NCBI GenBank assembly: GCA_051362555.1
Contig: CM120640.1
Location: 20,708,001-20,772,000 of the forward strand
DNA from: Lingula anatina
Taxonomy: Eukaryota; Animalia; Brachiopoda
DNA length: 64,000 nt
Reading direction: 5' to 3'
Shown here in pieces: positions 29,601-44,600 of the stretch. The position numbers and the translations under genes are program-made. The number at the start of each line of letters is the position of its first letter. Position 1 is the first letter of the stretch. The notes beneath the pieces are model-generated. The model did no database searches. It was not told the origin of the DNA and saw only the letters and a list, made by a program, of their open reading frames with translations.

Positions 29601-32600
29601 TTATGGCTGGTTTTAATGGTACAATGTAGATCCTGAAATGGGAATTTTGGAGTGTGGAATGTATCTGTTCGTTACAGGAGTTTTAAATATTAATGGAATT
29701 GCGTCTGATATGGTGAAACTGACGCCTGTCCTCTACCAATCTCCATGGGGAGGTATCGTATTTACAGAACTCACAGGTAAGTGTTATGTAGCCGTGGCGT
29801 ATAAAAATCGTCACTGTTTCAATAGGAAACTTGAAAACTAAAACATTTCAAACACTTTAAGATTCAATATGAGAGAGAGCGTACAGGTTTCTACACCATA
29901 TGCAAGCCCTCTTTTAGTATGCTACCTACCCACTTCTTTAAATGCATGACAGTGCACATGTATCTCTGATACATGAACTTTTGAATGTTTATTGTCGCCC
30001 AGAACAAAACAATAACGTACATGTATAAAGTCTTAACCCTATTCTACATGCAAATACCGTGTATCCCTATATGTTCTTCTCTAGGCCCAGAACCAATTAC
30101 CACTACAACGCCGACAAAAACGACTTCAGCCACAACTCATAAAACAGGCTGGAGTACTAGTACAGAAACCCCCTGCGAGGGATATCCTGAAGTACCTTGT
30201 GGGGATAACACAGACTATGCAGTGAGAAGAAAGCGGATGGCAGAGGCAAACTCAATAGGTATTCATATTTTGATATTGATACTTTGTTTCACATGACCGC
30301 TGGAAACTTTTTGAAAAAAGTTGGCTACTGTCGAAAACAATCATTCTTTAATTGTAATAAGGTGAGTCTGTTTATATTGAAAATATCGATACTGATTTAA
30401 CGCCAAAAGAAAAAAAAAAAACATTCAGCTTATTAAACTGCCGGTGAGCTGAACACGCACTCCACGTGGTGTTTATTCAGAAATTTATTTATTTATTCAC
30501 AGGGATGTCGACACTGAACTACATGAACATCAGCAGAGGAAGCACGTGCGTTGAAGTCTTGGGTGGCCGTGGGCTCGTTCTCCTTAATTCGAGGCTTGAT
30601 TCCTGCACCCAGGCAGGCATATCCATCACCACCGGGTCTGCAGACCAGACCATTGTGATAAAAAACACAACACTAATGAACATGCCTAGTAGGAAAGGAA
30701 TGGTTATTGGCGCCAATAGTGACTCAGGAGCTACGATTTTGGACGTTCAAGGGTCCAAATTTCTCTCGAATAGTTTTATATCTATTAGCTGTTCTGAATG
30801 CCACATTTCGTTCGAAAATTCGACCTTCTTCGGAAATACAATTCTTCTTTTGCTCACCCAAATATATTCTTCGAGTCGTAAAGATCTGGTGAGTTTTCTG
30901 TGCGCTTGCAATTTGGTAGGACTTAAAATGCTGAGATCATTGTCTGGAAATTAATGAAGAGGTTATCGACAGTCAACTATGTACAAACTGTACAAGTACC
31001 GATATTTAATAGCTTTTTCAAATGAATTCAAAAAGCATATATTTGATCAAGATAAAGATTCGATGAAAGTTGTATTGCAAATACTTTAAACATCCGCACA
31101 TAGATATTCCCAGACTATGCAGTGCCTCATGAAAACAACTGCTTACTTTCAGGAATACCGTTTCGTTGGAAACCACTTTGAAACCACGGCATGGAGCACT
31201 AGCCACATAATGCACGTCAATGTTGAGCGAGCCACAGACAACTCCCAAGTTAAGTTCATCAACAACACTGTGATTTCTAATAATAGATACAACACCATTT
31301 ATTTTGAGAAAGAGCGCTACACAGACCCTTTTTATAACATAAGCGGTAACTATTTTACTTCACCAAGAGGCGTTTCCATGAGGTTTTACTTAGAAGGACT
31401 TACCAATGGGTCGGTCAAAGGTAATTACTTCAACAATACAGCAGGAGCTATTCAGTTGCAAGGATCATGCTGCTATTCTTCTCCAAAGTTGTTCGAAATA
31501 ACCGAAAACGTCTTTGCAGATACAACAAACGGAGGAACGCTTATTGACCTGAACACTTATTTTGTGAGAAATAGGGAAGTTGTCGTGAAAGAGAACACCT
31601 TCGTGAACAACACAGTCAGTCAGTACATTATAACCATGCGGTCAATAGATGTAAATATTACCGGCAACTTCTTTGACAATCCAGGCTCTACTTACGATTT
31701 AGGCATTACATTTAGCTATAACGAAAACGATGCTGCCAATGCCAAAAACAATTGGTGGGGAGGACCAGGTTTCTCTCATGTAATCGGGAGAATTTTTGAT
31801 TATGAGGACAATCCTAGTAGAGGGAGAGTCGAATTTCAGCCGTATCTCAACGCTCGCAATTTGTCGGCTTTGAGCGATTTAGAACCACCTTTTGTCATAG
31901 GACCTGGTCGCATAGGTGGTACTGTAAAGGGAGGGGAGATTCTAACAGCCGCTGATAGTCCATACGAGGTGGTGCGTGACATACTGGTACCCGAAACGTC
32001 CACTCTCACTATTGAGCCTGGGACCAGCATTTTGTTTCATCCGGGCATTGGAATGGATGTAAAAGGTAAGTGGTTCTTTTTTTTTTTTTTGTTATTTCTT
32101 TTTTCTTTTCTTTTTTCTTAAAAAATGCTTCACGTACGTATTAGTATAAATTCTATTGGACTTCGGACGATTCGAAATTCTGTATCTGGTTCATTTAATG
32201 TCAGAAATATTTAATATAGGACCTACACATTTTTTATATTAAGGAGAACTTATGTCCACTGGTGCCCCAGATAACCCTGTGAAGATGACCGGCCTAGATG
32301 GTGGTAGTTGGAAAGGAATAACTTTTGAACAGTACCTGCCAGGTAATTAAGGAGTCGGGCGATGGTGTGCATATACAGACTTGACATTTAATATGGAATG
32401 TTTTTTTCCAAATAATTTTTCATCAGTTTTTTCCTATTTTGCTGACTGATAAATGAAAATAGGGATTAAAATCGTGTTTTAATAACTTTTAATTATCTCT
32501 TTGATGTCATTGTGACATCAGTTCATTAATGGAATTCGCCAGAGAAGCAAACAAAAGCACATTGCCTATTCTGTCATCCGACAACAATTAAAAGAGATAT

Positions 32601-35600
32601 TTTGGATCTCCATACTTTCCAAATTATTTTCTGTAAAAGAGATACACGCCTCACAAAGAAACCACATGTCAGTGTGTAGTCACACTAACGGTCGCTGTTA
32701 CGCTTGACCTCTTCTGTTTGCTACCAGCGCTCTCAAGTGGCAAGGCATTCCTTGGGTTAGGTTTTTAGAGTTCAATCTGGAATAACATTCCAGGCATTGG
32801 TTAAAATCTGTCCAATTTGGCCCAGTTTTGTTGTAGGACATGTAGACCATTGATTCGGCGAGTAATGGCCTACCCACATATTGTCTATGTGGTTCAAATA
32901 TGGCGATTTTGATTACCGAGGTAGCTGCTCATTCCCTTGGTTCTGTAAGTAATTTGCTATTAAAAGTGCTATGTGTGTACCGGGAATTTCACCGTGCAAC
33001 CTAAAATTGTTCCTAAGGTGCCCCCTATCATATGATAGTCAAATGGTTTTCAGGTTATTCCTTTATTTGATCTGGTTCAGGTTTTCGTGGATGACCATCA
33101 TTGGTGTTTTGGTATCCACTGTGGTATCCGCTCCAATTACCGACGCTGTTAATGACCTTAGTCACTTTAGACGCGGCACACGCTTAGTCGTTGGCCTCTT
33201 CTGGATGTCTGTAAGCTCTGTTTTGACTGGTTGAGCGGTACAGTTGAAAGCTGACCTCAATAAAGAAAGTCACGAGGTTTCAGTGTTCAACTCAGAAACG
33301 ATCAGGGTCCCCAATTTATTATAGAAACATCCCGCATGAAAATGCAGTAGTATCGAAGTAGCAAAGAAGCATTAACGCAGTAGTGGTGTGGAGCATATTT
33401 GCAGTAGAAATGCAGTATAGCCTACTGCAATTCTACTTCAAAAATTACATAGGGTTGTACAGAGGAGGAGCATTAATGCAGTAGATTAGCAGCATGATAG
33501 AAGCATGTTTCAAATATGCTAATTAGCTCCCACATCGAAGCAGATTTGAAGCATGTTTGCAGTATGATTGCAGTAGTCTACTGCGCTGGAGCATCTACTT
33601 CGTTTTCGTGCGGGATACAACAATGTTTTGCTGTTAACAGTGGATTCCCCTGAGGTCGTCTGGTATTCTAACCAGCTAAAACCAGTTTGGTGTTCGCCAA
33701 GGGCCTTGAAAAATGCGTTTTGGTGGCAATTTACCCCTTATTCTGAACGGACTGGGTGGTTTTTGTTAAGTTGAAATAGCATATCCCGACAGACAGTGGG
33801 TCCTGTACCCAGATTTCAATACATTGGTTGTGGCCTCTGTGTAGGTATGGGCATTACTCTATAAAACTGTGCGGACCGTTTCGTTTGGCGCAATTATCTG
33901 TCTGGCAATGTCTGTCTTTTTAGCGCCATTCTGCCACAGATTAACAAATAAGCAGAGCACTGCATAGCTCATTTTACACCTTGCAAAACCGGCCACTTGC
34001 ATGCAAAATTTCAAATTCTTCTATGCAGTAATTGCCGACATATGGATACTTATTTGACAGAACCATGCTTTGCCATAGCCAAGCTTTGACCTGCCCAAAA
34101 GAGAACTACCCAATTAAATCACTGCATATTATATAATGCAGCAGCGCAACAAACCTGGTATTCAGCTAATTGGAAGCGACACACCTGACTACACACTCCT
34201 CCATTCGCGTATCTTATATGAGATCGGAGTTTTTTGAAAAAAGAATGCATATTTACCTAGGCATACCTTCGAAACTGAAATATTCCATATTAAATGTCAA
34301 GTCTGTATTTGTCTCAAATGATGGGGAGAAATTTGATGAGGTTTATATTTATTAAAATTGAAAAGAAAAAGTTAATAAAAACGTCTGTATATGCAGTATA
34401 ACATTCCCTTTTTGATATATATAATTGAAGATCCTTACCTCCGTGCCGCCAATGGCAGTGGTCCACACGAGGGGAGACTAGAGGTGTTCTTCAACAATAC
34501 ATGGCAACTAGTCTGTGGCACGTACGGCTGGGATATGAGGGCAGCACAGGTGGCGTGCAGGCAGCTGGGATACGGAGAGGCATTGGAGTTCTTCAAAACT
34601 GAAACTGTGTCTAGGTGGGTTTCATTACCTCCTCGATCGTTTCTCATGTATTTAAAAGTGATTTTAATTATACGTTTTTGATGTTTGATTTTGAATATAT
34701 AGTACAAATGTTTAGGGAAAAAGTTTGGTGCACAAGCGCTCTTTGTCTCGCAGTTGATAATTTATATTTTAAAAGGGAATTAGGCGTAAGTTTGATTATT
34801 GTAGTGACATATGAGTTTACTGTGGTTGCTATCAAATAAACAGAAAAAATATAAAGGGGCAATATGCCTGTGAAATTACTTAGTCAATCAGTGCTGATAT
34901 TCATTACATGGAGTATATTGCTGACACAACACCATGCGATGTACCTAGCATAGTACTGGCAATGAAAGATGACGTGTAATTGACATGTTTAAGTGTTTCA
35001 CCCTAGGTTCACGCGAGGAAAATTGCGAGAGTACCACATGACAAGCATGAACTGCAATGGGGACGAACACTTTTTACAAGAGTGCAGCATCGCAGTGAAT
35101 ATTCGATATTGCAGTGACAGTAATCTTGCTAGCGTCGTCTGCAATCAGAGTGCAACTATACGTAAGTGAGAAGACGCAGCTCAAAGAAGGGACATGAAAT
35201 CAAATAGGAGTAACATGGTTTAACTGAATGGGCTTGTTCATTGTAAGACCACATTGCAAAATTATTCTCACTTCTCCATAACCCATTCTTTCCATATTTT
35301 CTAGTTCGTGTTGTTAAGTTATTAGTATCACTTTACCTTTTCAACAAGATGAGTGAAGCAAATCAACAAGGGACAAGCTATCCTGAGATATATAAATTAA
35401 GGTTTAGGGTGTCATTAAGACAGATATCGATTTTAGCTATAGTACACTGGTGCTCCCGATGAAAATGGCATTTTTTTTATCAATTTCACTGTCACAAAAC
35501 TATTTTATATGGCTTAAGTAATGACTTCGTAACAGTTTCCAAGCTACAGAAGTGAAATAGTTTTTAAACAAAAACCAATAGATAATTAGAGTTTCACTCC

Positions 35601-38600
35601 TTTTGCAACATATCTGCATGAGCAGGATGATCGGTTATCACATTCACATTGGTTTTGCTGTCACTATGCTTTTGCAAATCGAATTCTGTGCAGCGAATTT
35701 TAAGGGTGATTATGCCTCTTAATATGAGCCAAGGAAAGCGGTTTGCATGAATTATTTTCAAGTTTGGTCTTATTTAGGGTCATATGATGTGAAGGAAGGG
35801 GGTGTAACGTATTGCAGTTGCGTCCCTAGAGGATTTTGATAATCGGGGATTTTTATAAAGTACCCCTAGAGACCTTCCATGTGCTTTAACAGGCATCCCT
35901 CAGTAATTTTTATTAGCCCTGTTTTCATATTATAGATAATATGTTAGAACACCCCACCACTTTAGCAAGAAGTATAAACCGTTTTGCTTTGCTTTATTTA
36001 TTTATTTATTGATTTGATTTACATTTTTAGCGACCAACAGATCCTCCCTGGTCCATACAGTCGTGTCTAATACAACCAGAGGCGTGTCGGTCCGGGGCTC
36101 ACCTCCTAGCTTCAAAGGCATTGAAATCACCAACAGCTCACAGAACGGCCTCACGTTCTCAGGTTACATACCGGAAGAGACTGCTATTTCCGATTGTATC
36201 ATTGCTAACAGCGGAGCAGATGGCGTGTCTTTCACTGGCGTAAGCGACTCGAGGCAAAACCATGGCATTTCCATTAGAAACTGTACGATTTCCAACAATG
36301 CGAAGCGCGGTGCATACATTTACCGCACAGACATCGCTTTGTCCAACAGTAGCATACACGATAACGGCGAACAAGGTGTCTATGAACGACGGGTTCTGAA
36401 CACGGAAATTCAAAATGTGGATTTCGTGCGTAACAAACAGGGTGCTGTTTACTTTACAGATACCCGCGATTTGGAGACTTTGATCATACATGATAATAGT
36501 TTTAAAAACAATTCAGGTTCTGTCATGTATATCGAAATTCCGAGCAATTCTCGGCCAAATGTTTCAATCGCAAGAAATGTTTTCACTTGGAACGATGGTC
36601 AACCAAGAGGACTAAGCTATTATGGCACTTACGGCGTCATTGATTTGAGATTTTATTTCTACACACAGAATATCACTGGGTCCTACTCCGTAAGTTTTTA
36701 TTTTTGTCAGGTTTCTACTTCAACAAAGTAAATGTTCGAATTTGCAAACCAACAAACCGATCAAACATGTAATGTTGCAGGGTCACCTGTCCTTCCTCGT
36801 GCGTCCTGACATCTAAATCTGACTTTATAATTGACTTCATACATTCTAATCTTAATATCCCACACAGAGAGAAAGAGAGAGAGTACAGAGAGTACATACA
36901 GTTTTAAATTGCAATTTGCATACTTTTACCTGTGTGTTTCTCGTTCACGGAATTTTTGTTCACGTTATTTCCAGATCATGAAGAATTCGATGGAAAACAA
37001 CTTAGCTGAGTTCGTTGTTCGCCTATGGAGCAATGCAAGAGACAACTATGGTGTGGGTGAAGATATCTCCATAATTGACAACATATTTAAGAACACGTCC
37101 CGTCGCATCTATTACAGAGAAGTCAACAGCGTCACATTGGAAAATGTGTACAATGTCAGCATTAACAGAAACGTGTTTTCAAATCCTTTAGCTACACGCG
37201 AGTTTGTTGCACCAAAATATAAGCCCATGGAATACATCGACGTTTCAGAAAATTGTTGGGACGTCTCAGAGGCTGTTGATGTCTATAAAAGGTACACTGC
37301 AGCAGTAATTTATAATCAGGCTTTCATTTTTTTAGGTTTCAAATTAGTTACCTGGCGTGAATATCTATAGAATTTCTAAACGCAGAATAACTGGACTTAT
37401 AATATACCTAAGGCCAATCGTGTTCCATGATTGAAAAAATAAACCTCGTCGTCCTCAAAGAATTTGGAAAATGTTTATGTCATCGCCCGTTGAATTTCAG
37501 AGTATTGAGTATTTATGAAGATACCACTCGGGCTGACGTTCAGCTGTGGCCAATTTTTTTAAATGGTACTTGTGGTGACGTAGCCCCAACACAGAGACCG
37601 GTGGGGTGGGGATTTAGCGACATACAGGATTCTGGCGGAGAGGTCGATTCATTAACAGATTTAGGTACAGTACAAGGTACCGTCATTCTTGGGCGAAGCG
37701 TAGTGATCAGGTATGGTATAACGTTCTGTTTTATATTTATATACCTTCGTTTTGGTTGGTTGTATTATTCATGTCGATAAACGTGCACTTTTACAATGAC
37801 TATGACTTAACAATAATCTAAAATAGTCTACAGTGAAAGAGGTGCAGAAACAGTTTTAAAACTACGTATTAACAAAAACTCATTTTCAGTAAATATTACA
37901 TAAAAATATATCAATTTCATTGACAAATTAATTAATGAATTAATGAAAATATTGAAAATACACAGCCTTTGAGTTTAGAATTACATTGTTAAATCTTTTT
38001 CATGCAATAAAATGGCATAACGTTTCGTATTCAATGTATAATCTTAAATAAAGTCAACATTGTTCTATAACGATTAACATAACCTACTTTTTATGAAGAC
38101 CAAAAGGTGTACTGTCTGCGACGATTGGATCAAACTTAACTTTACGTTTTAAGCCTGGGCGAGGTTTAATTGTAGCAGGTAGGACTTACATATATGTTTT
38201 TTTTTTCATCTGGAAGAATAAAATAATGATCAGATGAGTTGGCTTTTCTTTTCCCTTGATATTGGGGAACTCTGATTATTATTTCTTCAATTAGTTTATA
38301 GAATACCTGAAAATGTAGTATCATAGATTCAACTATTACTTACAATTTGCATCTTTTGTCATGCGCTGTGCCTGAAATGAAATTGCTTTCGACTATTCTG
38401 TTTCTTTTTGCAGGGCAAATGCTTCTCGACAATCCTCGAGGTTCACCAGTGGTATTTACCTCTGACAGCCCTACGTCCTCTTGGAGCTCTAGTGGACGAT
38501 GGAACGGAATCATTTTCGAGCCAGAAGACGGTATGTCAGGGGAAAGACGAATTACCTATAAAAGTGACTTTTGTATAACAGTTTATGTAGTGCAAAATTA

Positions 38601-41600
38601 CCTATCAGTTTGGTTTTATTAACGCCAGAAACTCGTACACACATACACACTCAAGTACAAAACCAGTCCGCCTGAAGAAGATCTTGCGATAAGGTCGAAA
38701 CGTCGTGATCATCGATTCAACGTAAGGTGATGTATTAGATTATATTTCCTCATTTAATCATTGAAGTATAATATATTTGGATGAATCAAAATATTCACTT
38801 TCATAGAAGTGAAAATGCTTGTGTGTATGTTTATGTATGTGTTTAAAATTACAACTTTTTGGTTATCGAAAACAAAATAAAATGCAGAAGAACTTAACTT
38901 GGTGATATAATTATTTCTTCATTTTCTTTTATGTCTATTTTTTAAGTTCCGACAAAACGCTATTTAATTCCTTTGCTTTTATATCAGTTAACTGTCTCTA
39001 ATCAGGTACATACAGTTGCTCAAACCAATTAATCTTTTTACCCATTATTAGGCCAACACAGTCTTTCCTTAGCCACAATATCACAGGCAACGACATGCTT
39101 GACTATCAGAAGAGCCAACTTAACTGTGGGTTCCGTAGTTGTTACGGACTGCTCTGGCGTTGGCATCTCCTCTGCCTTGAATGACCGTGCATCCTTCGTC
39201 AAGATTTTCAATTCAACAGTAAACGCCACTAGGTCTCAGGGTATTCGGATGACTGGGAAGGGTGATCTCAACCTGGACAATGTACTGGTGAAAGATACTG
39301 GCAGCCATGCGATTGAATACAGTGCAGCAGGTGACCTAATTGTGACCAACTCCGTAGTCAATAAGAGCAGCTCTTATGGTATCATCAGGTCCTCTCAGAA
39401 CGGCGGCGTTAAAATCATGAACAGCCAAATCACGGAAATCAGCAGGCCTGGGATACAGCTCAGTGCTTATTATATGGATTATGTAAATATCGAGGGAAAT
39501 TATATCGCACGCACCAGTAACTACTATGATTGGGCGTTAGCTTTGTACAGTATTTCATACCCGGTTACTGTGAAGAACAATACAATAGAAAGTAATACAG
39601 GTGGGGGAATGGTTGTAAGCCTAAGTTCCTATTCAGATATCTCCAGTACTATTATATCGGACAATATTTTTAGAGATAATAGAAAAGGGGGTCTGTGGTT
39701 GCAAAATGTTTGTCAAAGGGATGTCTTAGTAAATAACAATCGCTTTGAAAACCACGATCTTCTTTCCGAAACCGTGCTGAAAATTACCGCTTATCAGTAC
39801 ACTAGCCAAGCAAAGAATATTACAGTTCGAGGAAACGAACTGATTGACAATTCTGGACAATTCATACTCCAAATACAGAACCAACTTGCCAGTAAATGCA
39901 CTATCCTCGTTGAGGGTAACTTTCTCAAGGACAACCGTGTATCGGAATCCATCGTCGTCACGGAAACCGGAAAGCCCCGGATCAATTACAACATTTTTTC
40001 AAACCCAATATCAGCCTATGATCTGCGAGCATTTTATACGGACGATGAAATTTTAGATGCTAGGCACAACTGGTGGGGCAGCAGCGACCATAACCAAGTA
40101 AAATCCCGCATACAGGACCGGGAGGTCAGTGCCAATTATGGAAACGTAAGCTACGTGCCGTTCTTGCTGTCGCCAGAGTTTTCTTGCAATAACGTCAACA
40201 ACTGCTCAGGCAATGGGGTTTGCATTCGACCAGATACCTGCGAGTGTAATATTGGCCGGAAGGGGGCGGATTGTTCGCAAGCATCCTGTGCCCAGGTGTT
40301 TGAATGCCAAGGGCGCGGAACGTGTGTTGGACCAAATACCTGCCAGTGTGATAGTGGCTGGATGCCCCCGGACTGCGTGAGAGCCACCTGTGAGGGGAGA
40401 AATAATTGTTCTAAACATGGTTTATGTATAGAACCAAACAGGTAAATGATTAGTTCAAATAAAAAGTCCACCTATGTGTTAATAACGCACAACGTTTACT
40501 ATTTGAAATCATCGATAACCACTGCAGTAGAACTTACGTTGCATCGTGATCCATCATTTCATTATCTCTTAGAGAAAAAAAAACAAAACTTCTAGCCTAC
40601 CACAAAAAGATATTTCTTGTGGATTCTCACCTTTGTTTATACAGAGTATATGATATGAAACTTGTTTTTATGCATTTTAGATTAATTTTTCCACATGTGA
40701 AGGTATACATTTTATTCCGGTGTTATTTTTGAAGGTGCCGTTGTTTCACGCGTTATCAGGGAGAGAATTGCTCGGAATGTTCCGGGAATCACTGGGGCCC
40801 TGAATGTCGTCCGTGTCAACCGTGTGTGCATGGGTCATGTGATCAACAGACAGGTTTGTCATTATATTTTATTAATGGTTATTTTTCCTTGCGTATTTAT
40901 GTAAAGATGTTGTAGTCCATGGCTGCTTCATTAACCATAACTTCATTTTTTAAAGCAATTGCAGCCCTACATATTTAGACATTCGACTTTTCGGTTGCAT
41001 TAAATCGTATATAATTAAGTTACAACGTACAATGAACAACATCAAAAGTACAGTGTAAGTTCACACATCACACGATATGACAAACATATGGTACATGTGC
41101 ATGTGGGAGTAAGGTGCAATTTTTTTAGGATCGTGTGTATGCAGCGGCCCTAATTGGACTGGAGATCAGTGTAACCGCTGTAGTCCAAAGTTCTATGGTC
41201 CAGCCTGCTTGCCTTTGATGCGTGTTTTGTCGGTGGCTCCTGATGGAGGACCAGATATAGGGGGCACTGTAGTCCGCGTGACAGGACACAACTTCCCTAA
41301 CTCCACCGAATATTCGTGCAGGTAAGGCAAGGACTAATATCTAGGAAGTGTTATATATTCATAATTGATCAATGCGAAAAGTTTTGGTCATTTGCCATAC
41401 AGATGGTGGCCAATTCAGTACATAAGAAAAGGGGGATTAAATGTCGCAAATTACTAAAAACCGATTTATTTTGGCTCATTTTAACATTAATGAAAGATAT
41501 ACACCTTTTGAGTCTAGAGAGATATTTCTCTGTTTTCCTTGACTGTCCCATCATATTCAAGTATTTCCAAGATAATTAAACTACATTATGTATCGCGATT

Positions 41601-44600
41601 TCGGTTTCTTATCTAATTCAATCTGTCGATGGAATACTTGACATATACAAGCACGCATTTATGGCACAACAGATTCATATTATGATATTCGTATTTACGT
41701 ACTAGGTTTGGTAGCGTAGAAATTCCAGGCACATGGATATCCACAGAGGAGGTAACCTGCAAGGCACCTAAGCAAAACCCCAACACTGTACGAATTGCTA
41801 TCCGGTCACAAAACGATGGAAGCTTCAGCACTGAACTGGTAAGTTCCTGAAGGATCGTAAGTTTGGGATCCTTTTTGAGTCAAAGATTGTATAAAGTAAG
41901 TCTATCTAGAAGATTTTCACATATAGTAGATTGCGTCTGTAGAAATACTACTGAATGTACACAAGTGAAGAAAGCGCTTCGGTTCTCAATAAATGGCAAC
42001 GCCGTGCAGCATTACTCGAACCTCAATATTTAAATTTTATAATGTAGTAAATCGAATTCAGCCTACTTTAGTAGCTCTACTATTTGAATCGCACAGGTCT
42101 TTTTTACCTACTACGGCATATGCCCGGCTTCAGCGTGCGGTCGCCTGTATCAGCCCCCTAGAGGTATATGCTCCTTTGGGGAGTGCCTGTGCTCAAAGCC
42201 GTGGTCCGGTGATAATTGCACTGTCCTGAGACTTGCCCCCAAGATCGCAAATATTCCAAACCTGCTGGTTACTGAAGGAGAGAGTGTAGAAATCCCGTTA
42301 TCATTAACCGAGGTAGATTTTTTTTTTACAACGTGGCCATGGAATGTTCAAGATTAAGATAATAAGAAGCATGTTACAAGCGTTTCCATTATCTTATTAT
42401 TGATTTTAAATTAAAAAAAAACGTATGTTATAACGCAATTGTGAGAGAATTGAGCTAAATGGTTCAGTCATAAAAGGTATAAATGGGTAAATTTAGCATG
42501 AGAAATTCGCACAAACCAAACATTTTTACATATATATTCTTGAAATGTCATTTAAAGTGTATCTGCAGTGGCATTTGAATATGATAAAAAAAAAAAACAG
42601 CCAGTTCAATTACCCCTTATACATGTACATGTTATGATAGGGTTCGACACCAGTTGAATGGAGACTTTTAGGATCCCCCAGCGGCATGGCTTTGGACTCT
42701 GGCTCCCAAATCATCCGCTGGGATTCAGCCGTGGCATCACCTGCGCCGTACACCGTCGGAGTATCAGCCCAAAATGACATAGGCTCTGACAGGAGACAGT
42801 TTAACCTGACTGTAAGAAGATCTTACGAGGCAGAGCTAGATCCGGTTAATTACGGCCCATTCATCAGTGCTACACCAACTCTACTGACTGGAAGAGTGAA
42901 TTTCATTGAAAGCTCACCATTTCGCAATAGCCCGGTGCCTGTGAAAGTAGTGTAAGTGTTTTAAACTCCGGCGCACAGGTTGAGAAACAGACTGAACTCC
43001 TGATAGTTTAGTTCTTTGATGTCGCCAATAATGAATTAATTGCCTTTTTGGTTTTTGTGAATTGAACCATGCACAGATAATTATACACGATAGTTGCTGA
43101 ACTCTCATCCACCTTGTGCGCTGGACATATTGTTACACCCTTTTTTTTTCAACCCGTAAGATATCTGTTCATTTCCATGCCAATATATTGCAGTCCAGTT
43201 TAGGCAATACGTAGAAATTATGTAAACTTATTTCTATGATGGAATTTTACTTTCATTTCATTAAGTGATTTATTTTTAGGGTTGTATCACAGACCTCGGG
43301 TTCTAGACGAGTACTGAGTGCGACCACCTTCGCTCACAGCAATACTTTCTTTGTCCGATTTTATCCATCTTCATCCGAGGCAGGCATCTACGTTGCTGTG
43401 AGTATTTGTAACTGATTATATTTTTATTAATTGTTGGTTTAATTCAGTATAAAATAATTAAGCTGTGACAATTTTCCCAAGTTTAGATTGTTTAAAACTA
43501 TAGGATAAGGAAGGATATCTTGAACAGACAATGTAACAACGCCCCTCTTTATTTCGCCTGCATTTTTGGGGACGTATTTCACTATTTTCTTTTTTTTTAC
43601 TGTTTAATGTGTGCATAATATATGAGATTCCGTTGACGATAAATATATCCAAAACTATGCTTAGCATACCGTTTGTTTAACCTAATGAAGGGTGCATCCC
43701 ATCCAAAAGATCCACAAGACTACAATCAGACTAGATGGTCATTCCTTGGGATGACTGTATCGCCAAGATACCTGCGTGTCGGTGGGTATCTGGGATTTTA
43801 TTCCTACAACGAGAGTATGAAGGTGACGAATCACGGAGGTGATCGGCTGCACAACGTTACAGTTCAGGTGAGGAACAAATTACTTTACCAGCTAATAAAG
43901 AGCCTTTTCGTCGCTGTTTTTGTGTTTGGTTCAAGTGTTCTAAACTGTAAATATAGCTGCAGTGTGTATAAATATTCAATGAAAATGAGATAAAAACTGG
44001 CATGAACCCCTTCTTTCAACTTGCCACTGCTTGGGAAATGAATTTTGACCAAAGTTCGTTCTCCAAGCAATAGCAAGCCCGGAGTTACAGCTAAGAGCTT
44101 AAAATAAAACTACTAGAAAAGGGGGCTTACAACACGTTCCGTTTTGGGAAGACCTGCAGGACTAACCCGTGAGAAGTCGGGTCTATATTGTACACCCTTT
44201 CTGTCGTCGCATACACGACTTGAACTTAAAACAGGCAGGTAAATTAATTTTGGTTTAATTGATATTTAATTTAATTACTTAATTATTCATGATTTTTACG
44301 TTAAAAAGTGGAAAGACACAAAGTTTGGTTCGTGTCAGCTATTTGCATGGTGTCACAGCGTCAGAAATGAGATATCTGAACAAATTTGGTTATTTCAGAT
44401 TCCTGAATTTGTCACCGGAATCGTGACTTTGAAGCCAACCGGTGAAGGAGTCTGCACGTCCTTCCCATGCTCCCTCAAACGAGTGTTTCAACCGGGAGAA
44501 GAAATCAGTCTTGATTTAGACTTTTCTGGTAAGATTATGCTTACAGATTTTTAAAATCAATTTTGGCAAAATGAAAAAATAAAGAGAAGATAAGTGAACA

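Noticed and set aside
26897-40441. Naming the gene bark/anakonda or a Fat/Dachsous cadherin
   Set aside because: It shares modules only; the overall architecture and the lack of a TM/cytoplasmic tail do not fit either family, so no symbol is given.
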